The translations under genes and the position numbers were made by a program. This document shows, piece by piece, positions 35,692-45,480 of a stretch of DNA of 64,000 nucleotides. How positions within the stretch are numbered: position 1 is the first letter of the stretch; each line of letters opens with the position of its first letter. The notes under the pieces are model-generated. The model was not told the origin of the DNA, did no database searches, and saw only the letters and a list, made by a program, of their open reading frames with translations. The DNA is from Spirochaetia bacterium (GTDB lineage Bacteria > Spirochaetota > Spirochaetia > SZUA-6 > Bin103): contig CBDBDQ010000005.1 in NCBI GenBank assembly GCA_965203905.1, positions 3,776,001 to 3,840,000 on the forward strand. The letters are read 5' to 3'.

Positions 35692-36963
35692 TCAGGTCGT
35701 GTAATCTTCCTCGTGCGGCTCCGGGTCGGCGAACAGATCCTCCAGCACCGCACGATAGTGCTCCGCCTGCTCGCTGCCGGCTGCCGCGCGCAAGCGCTGC
35801 ATCGGTCGCCGCAGCAGCCGTTGCGCCAGGTTGTGGGCCAGTGACTCCACCACCCGGCGCTCGCGCGCGGAGAGCTCCGGCAGGCGGCGCCAGGCCCGTT
35901 CCAGCTCGGCATCGCGGGCGGCGCTGCCGAGCTCGCCGAGCAGGCGCAGGGTCGGCGTGACCGCGCGCTGCTGCAACCAGGCGCGGAAGCGCGCCAGCTC
36001 CTGCTCGATTGCGGCCTCGGCGTGCGGCACTTCGGCGGCGCGCGCAGCGTGGCTGGCGCGGGTAGCCTGCTCCAGATCGCCGAAGTCGTAGTAGCACACG
36101 CCGGCGGTGGCGGTGCCCTCCCGCCGTACGTTCTGCGGTAGTGCCAGGTCGACCAGGTGCAGTGCGCGCCGAGGTCGCGCGCCGGTTGCCGCGCGCAGCA
36201 TGCGGCCGTCGATGAACGGCTCCGGAGCGGCGGTGGCGGCAATGGCGAGGTCCGCTTCACCCAGGGCTGCCGCGCCGTCTCCCCACGGTACCGCCTGGCC
36301 ACCGCAGGCGTGGGCCAGCTCCTGGGCACGGGCGAAGGTGCGGCTGGTCACGGTCAGCCCGCCCACGCCGAGCGCATGCAGGCGCTCGCAGGCACGCCGC
36401 GCCATGGTGCCGGCGCCGAAGACGAGAGCCCGCGCTTCGCTCATCGATCCCACGTGCGCCGCCACCAGGTCGACCGCCGCCGGCGCCAGCGAGGTGGCGT
36501 GGCGGCCGATGGAGGTGACCGTGCGCACCCGCTTGCCGGCGTGAATGGCGGCGCGGAACAGCGCATGCAGCACCGGACCGGCGCTGCCCCGCTCGGTGGC
36601 CGCCGCCAACGCTTCGACCACCTGGTGCTGAACGTCGGTCTCGCCCAGCAGCATCGACTCCAGTCCCGCGGCCACGCGCATCAGGTGCCGCGTCACGGCG
36701 TCGCCGCGCAGTTCCGTGACGGCGTGGGAGGCGTCCGGCGGGAGCTGCTCCCGCAGCAGAGCCTGCACCAGCTCGCCGTTGGCCTGAAAGGCGTACACCT
36801 CGCAGCGATGGCAGGTGGCAAGCAGCGCCCACTCGGGGCGCTGCCCGTTGGCGTGCGCCATGAGCCGGGCGAACCGGCCCGGCAGGGTAGTGGCGGCGGC
36901 TGCCGCTGCGCTTGCCAGGGACTGGTCAAGGGGTCGATAATCGAGGAGCCAGGCGCGAATCAT
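35692..36963 (-). CDS. hemA: Glutamyl-tRNA reductase (divergent)
   Basis: ATCHRCEVY (catalytic Cys), HLMRVAAGLESMLLGE, GKRVRT.T.I, GAGTMA, VDLALP.NV, C-terminal dimerisation helices. Confidence 0.9.
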   Translation of the reverse strand: MIRAWLLDYRPLDQSLASAAAAAATTLPGRFARLMAHANGQRPEWALLATCHRCEVYAFQANGELVQALLREQLPPDASHAVTELRGDAVTRHLMRVAAGLESMLLGETDVQHQVVEALAAATERGSAGPVLHALFRAAIHAGKRVRTVTSIGRHATSLAPAAVDLVAAHVGSMSEARALVFGAGTMARRACERLHALGVGGLTVTSRTFARAQELAHACGGQAVPWGDGAAALGEADLAIAATAAPEPFIDGRMLRAATGARPRRALHLVDLALPQNVRREGTATAGVCYYDFGDLEQATRASHAARAAEVPHAEAAIEQELARFRAWLQQRAVTPTLRLLGELGSAARDAELERAWRRLPELSARERRVVESLAHNLAQRLLRRPMQRLRAAAGSEQAEHYRAVLEDLFADPEPHEEDYTT

Positions 36964-36980
36964 GCGTGCTCGGTCGCGTA

Positions 36981-37011
36981 CAAGATATATAGGATTTTAT
37001 TCGATTCGCAA
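36981..37011 (-). promoter_or_regulatory. Putative hemA promoter in an AT-rich divergent intergenic region
   Basis: Minus strand TTGCGA-N18-TATCTT; GAT-centred repeats at 36984, 36993 and 37003 on the plus strand. Confidence 0.55.
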
Positions 37012-37020
37012 GCCAGTGGA

Positions 37021-37683
37021 GTGGTGCCGTTGAAACCGGTCGCGGATCCCGGACTGCTTACCATTCGGCAAGCGGCGGAATTACTGGGCGTGCACCCGCT
37101 GACGCTGCGCAACTGGAGCGAGAAGGGCGCAGTGCCCTGTCTGCGCACGCCCGGCGGCCACCGCCGTTTTCGGCCGCAGGATCTGCAGCGGATGCTGGCC
37201 GCGCCGCAGGAAGACCCTGCCACCGCGGCCGCAATCGTTCAGATGGTGCGGCGCGCGGTGAGCGCCGCGGTGGCCGCGCCCCGGCGCGGCACATCGTCCA
37301 CGGCCCTGCACACCATGCGGGTGGACCTGACCGGGAGCCAGCGCCGCTCGCTGGCGGAAATCGGACGCGCGCTGTTGAGTCTGCTGATCCAATACGCGGT
37401 TCCGCACGCACCGGCGGCGCGCGGCGAGGCGGCGCCTTCCGGGACGCTGCTGCGCCGCGCGCGGCAGCTCGGGCGCAGCTACGGCATGGCGGCGCGGCGC
37501 CTGGATCTGTCGCCGTCAGCCGTGGTGGCGACCTTCAGCTTCTTTCAGGAGACCGTGGTTGCGGCGCTGGCGGAGTGCGAGGCACTCGACTACCCGCGGC
37601 TGAACCGCCTGTTCAGCGTCGTCCTGCTGGCAGCCGTCGCCGCCTCCGAAGGCAACGCCGGCAACGATGTTGCAGCACCTTAA
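37021..37683 (+). CDS. MerR/excisionase-type HTH protein with a C-terminal all-helical putative sensor domain
   Basis: LLTIRQAAELLGVHPLTLRNWSEKG.VPC.RTPGGHRRF; divergent from the hem operon. Confidence 0.8.
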   Translation: MVPLKPVADPGLLTIRQAAELLGVHPLTLRNWSEKGAVPCLRTPGGHRRFRPQDLQRMLAAPQEDPATAAAIVQMVRRAVSAAVAAPRRGTSSTALHTMRVDLTGSQRRSLAEIGRALLSLLIQYAVPHAPAARGEAAPSGTLLRRARQLGRSYGMAARRLDLSPSAVVATFSFFQETVVAALAECEALDYPRLNRLFSVVLLAAVAASEGNAGNDVAAP

Positions 37684-37771
37684 CGCCGCGTTAACCGGGT
37701 GGCAACTTCGCAGTGGTTCCCTCACGGTATCACTACCACTAGCGACACCCATAGCGGAGGGCTCCGTAACC

Positions 37772-39286
37772 GTGGATGACAGATTTCCCACTCGCTTTGC
37801 ACCACGCGTCATCGGTGTAGTCGCGGCACTCCTGGTGGCGAGCGCCGGGCTGGCGGGTGCCGTCGGCGTATTCGACAACGGAGACGACTCGGGCGCGCCT
37901 TACTTCGAGGCGTATCCCGCCGCCGATCCGCCGCCCGCGACACCTCCGGCGAGCCCCGCGGCGGTCGGGCAGATTTCCGGACTCGCCCTGCTGCAGCAGA
38001 TTCAGGACTCGTTTCGGCGGGTCGCGGCCGCGGTGATGCCGGTGGTGGTCAAGATCGACACCACGGTGCCGGCGGGCAGCGTGCGCCGCTTCGGCCGCAA
38101 TCCCCAGCCGCTGCCGGAGTTCGGACAGCCGGGCGGCACCGGCTCGGGCATCATCGTGAGCAACAGCGGTGCGCTCTACTACGTACTGACCAACAACCAC
38201 GTGATCGCCAACTCCGAGAGCATCACCGTGACCCTGGACGACGGCCGCGACTTCGACGCGCAACTGGTAGGACGCGATCCGCGCCAGGACATCGCGGTGG
38301 TGTCGTTCCGCGGCCCGCGCGAGTTGCCGATCGCCCGCCTTGGCGATTCGAGCCAACTGGTGGTGGGCGACCTGGTGCTGGCGGTGGGCAGCCCGTTCGG
38401 ATTCCAGTCCACCGTCACCTCCGGCATCGTCAGCGCGCTGGGACGCGAGACATCCGGCAACCTCGACGGCGGAATCAACATCGCCCAGTACATCCAGACC
38501 GATGCCGCCATCAACCCGGGGAACTCGGGTGGTGCGCTGGTAAACCTGCGCGGCGAGGTGATCGGCGTCAACACCTGGATCGCGTCCCGTGGCGGCGGCA
38601 GCGTCGGGGTCGGATTCGCCCTGCCGATCAACGCCGCCAAGCAGGGAGCCCGCGACCTGATCGAGTCCGGCGCCGTACGTTACGGCTACCTGGGCGTGTT
38701 CGTGAGTTCGGCGAGCAACGCGATGCGCAGGGCGCTGGGGGTCACCGAGGTGGACGGTGCGCTGGCCTGGAGCGTGATCGAGAAGTCGCCGGCGGCACGC
38801 GGCGACCTGCGGCCGGGCGACTGGGTGACCCACGTCGACGGGGCGGCGGTCAGCAGCAGCGCGGAGCTGATCCGCGCGGTGGGCGCGCTGGAGCCGGGCC
38901 GCGAGAGCCGCTTCGAGGTGATCCGCGACGGCAAGCCGGTGCAGTTGCGGCTGCGCGTGGCGCTGCGTGACGACAGCGACGACCGCACCCCGCGCAACTG
39001 GCCCGGGATCTTTCCGGTGCACATCTTCTCGGATCAGCTCACCGACGAAATGCGCGAGCAGTTCGGCATCGGTAACCGGCGCGGCGTGCTCGTGGGGCAG
39101 GTTCACGAGTCCGGCGCCGCCGCCGCGGCCGGATTCCGGCGTCGCGATTTCATCACCCACATCGACGGCAACGCCATCCGCGACGCTGCCGACTTCTACC
39201 GCGCGCTGGCCAAGGGGGACGCCGGCGAGTACCAGGTCAGCATCGTGCGCAATCGCCAGGAGATGACCATCACCCTGCGGCCGTAG
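37772..39286 (+). CDS. degP: HtrA/DegP-family serine protease with two PDZ domains
   Basis: GSGII, TNNHV, DIAV, IQTDAAINPGNSGG; N-terminal TM segment; two PDZ-like regions. Confidence 0.9.
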   Translation: MDDRFPTRFAPRVIGVVAALLVASAGLAGAVGVFDNGDDSGAPYFEAYPAADPPPATPPASPAAVGQISGLALLQQIQDSFRRVAAAVMPVVVKIDTTVPAGSVRRFGRNPQPLPEFGQPGGTGSGIIVSNSGALYYVLTNNHVIANSESITVTLDDGRDFDAQLVGRDPRQDIAVVSFRGPRELPIARLGDSSQLVVGDLVLAVGSPFGFQSTVTSGIVSALGRETSGNLDGGINIAQYIQTDAAINPGNSGGALVNLRGEVIGVNTWIASRGGGSVGVGFALPINAAKQGARDLIESGAVRYGYLGVFVSSASNAMRRALGVTEVDGALAWSVIEKSPAARGDLRPGDWVTHVDGAAVSSSAELIRAVGALEPGRESRFEVIRDGKPVQLRLRVALRDDSDDRTPRNWPGIFPVHIFSDQLTDEMREQFGIGNRRGVLVGQVHESGAAAAAGFRRRDFITHIDGNAIRDAADFYRALAKGDAGEYQVSIVRNRQEMTITLRP

Positions 39287-39357
39287 CGCCCGGCGCCGGC
39301 GGCGCTGCCGCAGTGGCGCGTTGACAGGCCGGCGCCTGCCGGATTGGATACCCCGCG

Positions 39358-40200
39358 ATGACTGTGCAGTGGAACCCGCGCCGGGTCAGCGCCTTCGCCG
39401 ACGAGATCGGCGACGAGCTGGAGCTGCAGATCGAGGTGCTCGCCGCCAACGGCGTGGGCAACATCGAGTTGCGCGGCGTGTGGGGCAAGAACGTACTGGA
39501 GCTGTCCGCCGGCGAGGCACGGCGGGTCAGGGATGCGGCGCTGCAGGCCGGTGTTGGCTTCTCGGCGGTGGGCTCGCCGATCGGCAAGTTTCCGGTGGCG
39601 GGCGACTTCGCCGAGGAGCGCGAGCGCATGCGCCGGGCTCTGGAGTTCGCCGCGCTGCTGGAGGCGCCGTACGTGCGCATCTTCTCTTACTACATCCCCG
39701 CGGGCGAGGATGCGGCCGCGTACCGCGGCCAGGTGCTCGACCGGCTCGGCGAGCTGGTGGCACTGGCGGAAACCACGGACATCCGGCTGGCGCACGAGAA
39801 CGAACGTCACATCTACGGCGACGTGTGCAGCCGGGTGCTGGATCTGCTGGAGAACATCGACTCCTCCGCGTTCACCGGGATCTTCGACTTTGCCAACTTC
39901 GTGGTGTGCGGCGAGGACCCCTACTCCTGCTGGCAGCGGGTGCGGCGCCATATCAGCTACTTTCACGTCAAGGACGCCGTGGCAGCGACCCGCACGGTGG
40001 TCCCCGCCGGCGCCGGTGACGGCGCGGTGGCGCGCATCCTCGGCGAGGCGTACGCCGCGGGCTTCGACGGCTTCCTCACGCTGGAGCCCCACCTCAATGT
40101 AGCTACAGGTAGCTACGGAAGGACTTCGCCCGCGCGATTCAAGATTGCCGCCGACGCGCTGAAACAGGTGCTGGCGGGACTCGGAGGCGACACCCCGTGA
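39358..40200 (+). CDS. Sugar phosphate isomerase/epimerase (xylose isomerase-like TIM barrel)
   Basis: SAFADEI, GSPIGK, HENE, FDFANF, HVKD, LEPHL. Confidence 0.85.
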   Translation: MTVQWNPRRVSAFADEIGDELELQIEVLAANGVGNIELRGVWGKNVLELSAGEARRVRDAALQAGVGFSAVGSPIGKFPVAGDFAEERERMRRALEFAALLEAPYVRIFSYYIPAGEDAAAYRGQVLDRLGELVALAETTDIRLAHENERHIYGDVCSRVLDLLENIDSSAFTGIFDFANFVVCGEDPYSCWQRVRRHISYFHVKDAVAATRTVVPAGAGDGAVARILGEAYAAGFDGFLTLEPHLNVATGSYGRTSPARFKIAADALKQVLAGLGGDTP

Positions 40201-41366
40201 AGTTGCACGAGTATCAGGCCAAGGAGCTGCTGGCGCGCTACGGCGTGAGCGTGCCGCGCGGCCGGGTGGCGCGCAGCGCCGCGGAGGCGGAGGAGGCGGC
40301 CGCCGAGCTGGCGGGCGCCTGCGTGGTCAAGGCCCAGGCCCACACCGGCGCCCGCGGCAAGGCGGGGGGCATCAGGCTGGTCGCCTCCGCGGCGGAGGCG
40401 GGAGCGGCGGCGCGGGAGCTGCTGGGCACGCGGCTGGTGACCAACCAGACCGGTCCCGCCGGCCTGCCGGTAGCGGCGCTGCTGGTGGAGGAGCGCATCG
40501 CCATCTCCCGCGAGCTCTATCTGAGCGTGGCGATCGACAACTCGGCGGGCATGCCGGTGGTGATCGCTTCCGCGGCCGGCGGCATGGAGATCGAAGAGGT
40601 GGCCGCGGCGCAACCGGAGGCGATTCACCGCGTCTACGTCGATCCCACCTGCGGGCTGCAGCCGTTCCAGGCCCGGGCGCTGGCCTTCGCCGCCGGTCTC
40701 GACGGCGAGCTGCTGCTGCCCGCGACCCGTCTGATCGGTGCCGTCGTGGCGGCGTTCGAGGCCAGTGACGCCGGCATGGTGGAGGTCAATCCCCTGGTGG
40801 TCACCGCGGACGGCCGACTGCTGGCCGGCGACGCCAAGTTCAGCGTCGACGACAATGCCCTGTTCCGGCAGCCGGAGCTGGCCGGGCTGCGCGACCGCAG
40901 CCAGGAGGAGGAACGGGAGCTGCAGGCGCACGACGCCGGGATCGACAACTACGTCAAGCTGGACGGGACCATCGGCTGCCTGGTGAACGGCGCCGGACTG
41001 GCGATGGCGACGTTGGATGCGATCAAGCTGGCCGGCGGCGAGCCGGCCAACTTCCTCGACATCGGCACCGCCAACCGGCAGGAGGCGGTGGTCGCCGCGC
41101 TCGCCATCATCGGCGCCGACCCCGACGTGCGCGCGGTGCTGATCAACATCTTCGGCGGCCTGGCGCGCACCGACGTGATCGCCGCCGGCTTGGTGGAGGC
41201 GAAGGCGCGCGGCGACCTGCCACAGCCCACCGTGGTGCGGCTGGCGGGCACCAACGTCGAGCAGGGTCTCGCCGTGCTCGATGCGGCCGGGATCGAGCTG
41301 ATCCGCGCCGACGGATTCGCCCAGGCGGCGCGTGCCGCCGTGGACGCCGCGCGCCCGGGAGGCTGA
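40197..41366 (+). CDS. sucC: Succinate-CoA ligase beta subunit
   Basis: [15 protein letters not shown]....[36 protein letters not shown]. Confidence 0.95.
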   Translation: MKLHEYQAKELLARYGVSVPRGRVARSAAEAEEAAAELAGACVVKAQAHTGARGKAGGIRLVASAAEAGAAARELLGTRLVTNQTGPAGLPVAALLVEERIAISRELYLSVAIDNSAGMPVVIASAAGGMEIEEVAAAQPEAIHRVYVDPTCGLQPFQARALAFAAGLDGELLLPATRLIGAVVAAFEASDAGMVEVNPLVVTADGRLLAGDAKFSVDDNALFRQPELAGLRDRSQEEERELQAHDAGIDNYVKLDGTIGCLVNGAGLAMATLDAIKLAGGEPANFLDIGTANRQEAVVAALAIIGADPDVRAVLINIFGGLARTDVIAAGLVEAKARGDLPQPTVVRLAGTNVEQGLAVLDAAGIELIRADGFAQAARAAVDAARPGG

Positions 41367-41368
41367 AG

Positions 41369-42244
41369 TTGGCGGTACTGCTGAACGAGTCGAGTCGGAT
41401 TCTGATTCAGGGATTCGGGCGCGCCGGCCAGCTCCAGGCGCGCATCAGCCGCGCCTATGGGACCGCGGTAGTGGCGGGAGTCACGCCGGGCCGCGGCGGC
41501 CAGCGGCTGGAGGATACGCCGGTGTACGACACGGTGCGTGCCGCGGTTGCCGAGCAGGGGGCCAACGTGTCGGTTATCTTCGTGCCCGCCCCGCACGCTG
41601 CCGACGCCATGCTGGAGGCCGCCGACGCCGGCGTGCCCGTGGTGATCTGCATCACCGAGTTCGTCCCCACCCGCGACATGGTGCGGGTCAAGCGCTACCT
41701 GCGCGGCTCGGCTACGCGCCTGGTCGGCCCCAACTGTCCCGGCGTGATCGCCCCCGCGTTCCGTGCCCGCGCCGGCATCATGCCGCCCGCCGTGTACCGG
41801 CCTGGGGAAGTCGGCGTGATCTCGCGCTCCGGGACCCTGGTATACGAGGCCGTGGACCAGCTCACCCGGCTCGGAATCGGGCAGTCGGGCAGCGTGGGGG
41901 TGGGGGGCGACCCGGTGATCGGGACCTCGCAGCGCGAGGCGCTGGAGCTGTTCGAAGCCGATCCGGCGACGCGCGCGGTGGTGCTGATCGGTGAGATCGG
42001 CGGTACCGCGGAGCAGGAGGCGGCCGAGTACATCGCGCAGATGAGCAAGCCGGTGGTGGCCTTCATCGCCGGCGCCAGCGCGCCGCCGGGCCGCCGCATG
42101 GGCCACGCCGGCGCGATTATCGCGGGCGCCGCCGGCACCGCCCGTGCCAAGCAGGCGGCATTGCGGGCGGCCGGTGCCGTGGTGGTCGAGTCGCCGGCGG
42201 CGATCGGGGCCACGATGCGCGATGTCCGGTCCCGGCGGGTCTGA
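41369..42244 (+). CDS. sucD: Succinate-CoA ligase alpha subunit
   Basis: GVTPG.GG, GPNCPG, SRSGTL.YE, GGDP, GEIGG, RMGHAGA (phospho-His). Confidence 0.95.
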   Translation: MAVLLNESSRILIQGFGRAGQLQARISRAYGTAVVAGVTPGRGGQRLEDTPVYDTVRAAVAEQGANVSVIFVPAPHAADAMLEAADAGVPVVICITEFVPTRDMVRVKRYLRGSATRLVGPNCPGVIAPAFRARAGIMPPAVYRPGEVGVISRSGTLVYEAVDQLTRLGIGQSGSVGVGGDPVIGTSQREALELFEADPATRAVVLIGEIGGTAEQEAAEYIAQMSKPVVAFIAGASAPPGRRMGHAGAIIAGAAGTARAKQAALRAAGAVVVESPAAIGATMRDVRSRRV

Positions 42245-42280
42245 CCGTCGGTCCGGGCGCGGGCGCGAAGGAGGAGCAGG

Positions 42281-42727
42281 ATGAGGAGAATGGCGGCAGT
42301 GGCGGCGGTGCTGCTGGCCACGGTTGCCGCCGGCGCCGTGGCCCAGGTGGCGGACCTCGCGGCGCAGCAGGCGACCGAGGTGGTCGGAGCGCGCAAGGCG
42401 ATCATGGGCGCCATCGGGGTCCAGAGCGGTCTGCTGCGCAGCGCGGTGCGGGACGGTGATCTGGCGGCCGCCAGGACGGCGGCGGCTACGCTGGCGGCCC
42501 TGGCCGGGGCCCTGCCACCCCTCTACGCCCGCGAGCACGCGGAGGCGTATCCGGTGGCCGGCTCACGCTACCGCTACGCCGGCGGCGATGTCGAGCGGCT
42601 GGTGGCGCAGATCGCCGCGCTGCACGCCGCCGCGCGGGCGGCCGCCCAAGCTTCCAGTACGGCGGCCATCGACGTGCGCGCGGTCACGGCAACCTGCAGC
42701 CGCTGCCACCGCAGCTTCCGGCGTTAG
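42281..42727 (+). CDS. Cytochrome c' / class II four-helix cytochrome c
   Basis: AGGAG RBS; signal peptide; ARKAIM near the N-terminus; single C-terminal CxxCH (TCSRCHRSFR). Confidence 0.8.
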   Translation: MRRMAAVAAVLLATVAAGAVAQVADLAAQQATEVVGARKAIMGAIGVQSGLLRSAVRDGDLAAARTAAATLAALAGALPPLYAREHAEAYPVAGSRYRYAGGDVERLVAQIAALHAAARAAAQASSTAAIDVRAVTATCSRCHRSFRR

Positions 42728-42813
42728 GAGGCTGTCGGACTGCGACGCGCTGGGGCGCGGCAGTGGGGTTTCGTCCCACTCGACCCGGCGCACGGTGGCG
42801 CCGACAAGAAGAT

Positions 42814-43164
42814 ATGGGCCTGCTGTCACGGGCCGACCAGGCACAACACGACGCCGCGCCGCCGCCAGAACCCGACCCCAAGCCGGCGCCGCGCGCTACC
42901 GACGCGAGCGCGGACCAGCCGCCGCGGAGTCGCACCGCGCAACGGGCGCCGGCGCAGCCGCGGGCCGCGGGTCCCGCGCGCGCAGCGGCGCCCGCTCCGG
43001 GGCAGGTGTGTCCGGTCGTCCGGCGCCCGGTCTGCTACTATGGCGACTGCCACCATTGGAGTGGCGACCGCTGTGGCCATCCCGATGCGGCCGGCAACCC
43101 GCGAGCGCGCCGTTCATCCGCGCGCCGCGCGGCGTCCAGGACAGCCACGGGCGCGGGCGCGTAG
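42814..43164 (+). CDS. Hypothetical protein: Pro/Ala-rich with a Cys/His cluster
   Basis: MGLLSRADQ...CPVVRRPVCYYGDCHHWSGDRCGHP; fills the gap between same-strand genes. Confidence 0.4.
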   Translation: MGLLSRADQAQHDAAPPPEPDPKPAPRATDASADQPPRSRTAQRAPAQPRAAGPARAAAPAPGQVCPVVRRPVCYYGDCHHWSGDRCGHPDAAGNPRARRSSARRAASRTATGAGA

Positions 43165-43197
43165 GCTCGCCGCGGTACACTCACAAACAGGAGCTGA

Positions 43198-44037
43198 TTG
43201 GCGCCCCGGAGGCCTACCACCATGGCTGAATCTCCCATCAACAAGGCATACGAGAACCTGTCGTTTCTGCGCAGCCGGGATGCCCGCATCCTGCGCATCC
43301 TCTCCGAGTTTCTGGAGCCGCAGGCGCGCCTGCGGCGGCGCCGCATTCGCAGCGCCATCGTGTTCTTCGGATCCAGCAGCACCCCGTCCCTGGCTGAAGC
43401 GGAAGAGCGCTACGGCGCCATTGCCTCCGGCCGCCGGCCCGGAGTCTCCAGTGCCGACATGCGGCGGGCGCAGCGTCAGGTCCGTCTCGCCTCCTACTAC
43501 GAAGACGCCCGCCTGCTGGCCCGCAAGGTAACCTCCTGGGCCCGGGAGTCGGGTGCCGAGGGCGAGTTGGTGGTGTGTTCCGGCGGCGGCCCGGGCATGA
43601 TGGAGGCCGCCAACCGCGGCGCTACCGAGGCCGGCGGTCAGAGCGTCGGCCTGACCATCAGCCTGCCGCACGAACCGCGGCCCAACCGCTACATCAGCCC
43701 CGGGCTGGCGGTGGAGTTCCACTACTTCTTCATGCGCAAGTTCTGGTTCATGTACCTGGCCCGCGCGCTGGTGGTGTTCCCCGGCGGCTACGGCACCATG
43801 GACGAGCTGTTCGAGGTGCTGACGCTGCTGCAGACGCGCAAGGTGCAGCGCCCGGTGGAAGTGATCGTCTACGGGCGCGAGTACTGGGACGAGGTGGTGA
43901 ACTTCGACAAGCTGGTGGAGTGGGGCACCATCAGCGCCGACGACCGCGCGCTGATCCACCTGGTGGACGACGTCGACGAGGCGTTCATGATTCTTACGCG
44001 CACCATTACTGCACCCAAGGCCGGCAAGAGCGGCTGA
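43198..44037 (+). CDS. LOG family (TIGR00730-like) nucleotide phosphoribohydrolase
   Basis: VFFGSS, SGGGPGMMEAANRGA, FHYFFMRKFWF, PGGYGTMDE; start TTG 43198 or ATG 43222. Confidence 0.9.
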   Translation: MAPRRPTTMAESPINKAYENLSFLRSRDARILRILSEFLEPQARLRRRRIRSAIVFFGSSSTPSLAEAEERYGAIASGRRPGVSSADMRRAQRQVRLASYYEDARLLARKVTSWARESGAEGELVVCSGGGPGMMEAANRGATEAGGQSVGLTISLPHEPRPNRYISPGLAVEFHYFFMRKFWFMYLARALVVFPGGYGTMDELFEVLTLLQTRKVQRPVEVIVYGREYWDEVVNFDKLVEWGTISADDRALIHLVDDVDEAFMILTRTITAPKAGKSG

Positions 44038-44073
44038 GTCGTACCAGCCGCTCTCGCTTCTTCGGGTGGCGGC

Positions 44074-45273
44074 TCAGCCCTGGTAGACCCGGGTCTCGGG
44101 CCGGAACGCCGCCCACGAGAACCAGAAGTGGTTGATGCTCACCACCGGGTTCAGCTTGCTGCCCTGCAGGGTCCCGGCGGTCGCTTCCCCGAGCAGATTC
44201 CACGTGCTGGAGGTCTGGCGGTCGCGGATCATCTCTCCCTGCCACTCGAAGTCCAGGACGCGCCCGTCCAGCTCGCGGCTGAAGGCGGCACCGGTGCCGA
44301 CGTCGCGGCCGGCGGCGATGATGCCGGAGTCGAGCGCCGAGGCGGTGCCCGGCTGCCAGAACACGGTGATCGGCTGCCCGGAGACGGTATCGTCGATGAC
44401 GAAACTCGTTGCCAGCTCGTCGTACGGATAGGCCACCGCCTCCTCCACCAGATCCACGGTCAATACCCGCGCCATCGGCAGCAGGGTGTCCGGCGTGCGC
44501 GGCCCCTGGTACAGGAACGGCCTGCTGTTCACGTTGTCGTAGCCGGCGTACGGATTGCGGCCGTAGGCACGGCTGAACCCGGTGTCGCGGGACAGCACCT
44601 CGGCGTCCGGGTAATTGCTGCGGAACTCGTCCCAACTGATGATGTTGGCCGGATAGAACTCGAGCTGGCTGCCCGCGTATTGGCCGGCGATCCCGTGGCC
44701 GGTGGCCTGCTGCCACCAGGTCTCGGTCTGGCGGTCGTACATGATCAGGTTGCTGTAGCGCAGCCGCCCGGTGGTGCCGAAGTCGAGGACCTGGCCGTCG
44801 AACTCGCGCTTGAAGCCGATGGCGGTGTTGCACAGCGGGCAGAAGGTGATGGAGACGGGCACCCCGCCCACCTCGTCGTTGACGATCTCGTGCCACGTAA
44901 GCACCTGCAGCGGGTAGGCCTTGGCTGTCTCGCCCACCTCCACCAGCACTACCGGCTCCTGCTCTCCGAGCCACTCGGCGGCTTCCTCCACCGTGACGAA
45001 GCGGGGGTTGTCGATGGCCGGGATGCCATCCTTGGGCGGGCCTCCGGACAGCACTTCCCCGTAGGATACGGTATGGCGGCTGAAGTCGGTGCGGAACTGC
45101 TGGATTGCGCCGCGCGGCGGCGGCTCCGACTCCAGCAGCGCCGGCGCCTCGGCGGCGGTCCCCGGCTTCGGATTGGCGACCACCAGCGTTACGCCGCCGG
45201 CCAGCAGCGCCACGAGGAGCAGCGCCACCACCAAGCGCAGTGGCGATCGTGATCTGACGTTCTTGATACTCAC
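44074..45273 (-). CDS. DUF3179 domain exported protein
   Basis: Signal/TM segment; GGPPKDGIPAID, AYP...L.WHEIVND, TFCPLCNT, FGTTG.L..SNL.MYDRQT, FWFSWAAF.P. Confidence 0.85.
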   Translation of the reverse strand: MSIKNVRSRSPLRLVVALLLVALLAGGVTLVVANPKPGTAAEAPALLESEPPPRGAIQQFRTDFSRHTVSYGEVLSGGPPKDGIPAIDNPRFVTVEEAAEWLGEQEPVVLVEVGETAKAYPLQVLTWHEIVNDEVGGVPVSITFCPLCNTAIGFKREFDGQVLDFGTTGRLRYSNLIMYDRQTETWWQQATGHGIAGQYAGSQLEFYPANIISWDEFRSNYPDAEVLSRDTGFSRAYGRNPYAGYDNVNSRPFLYQGPRTPDTLLPMARVLTVDLVEEAVAYPYDELATSFVIDDTVSGQPITVFWQPGTASALDSGIIAAGRDVGTGAAFSRELDGRVLDFEWQGEMIRDRQTSSTWNLLGEATAGTLQGSKLNPVVSINHFWFSWAAFRPETRVYQG

Positions 45274-45392
45274 GCCCCTCAGACGGTCCCGGGCCGGCCG
45301 ATCTTACCGGGGGTGAATGAGGTGTGGCCGGTACGCTACCATCAACGGTTGACTTGGGGATGGTCGCGCTGAAATATTTGTCCTACCTGCGA

Positions 45393-45464
<72 letters not shown>

Positions 45465-45480
45465 TACCGCCCGCCTGTCG

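Noticed and set aside
37700-37735. ECF/sigmaE-like promoter (GCAACTT...) upstream of degP
   Set aside because: Plausible by context, but the match is too weak to support from the sequence alone.
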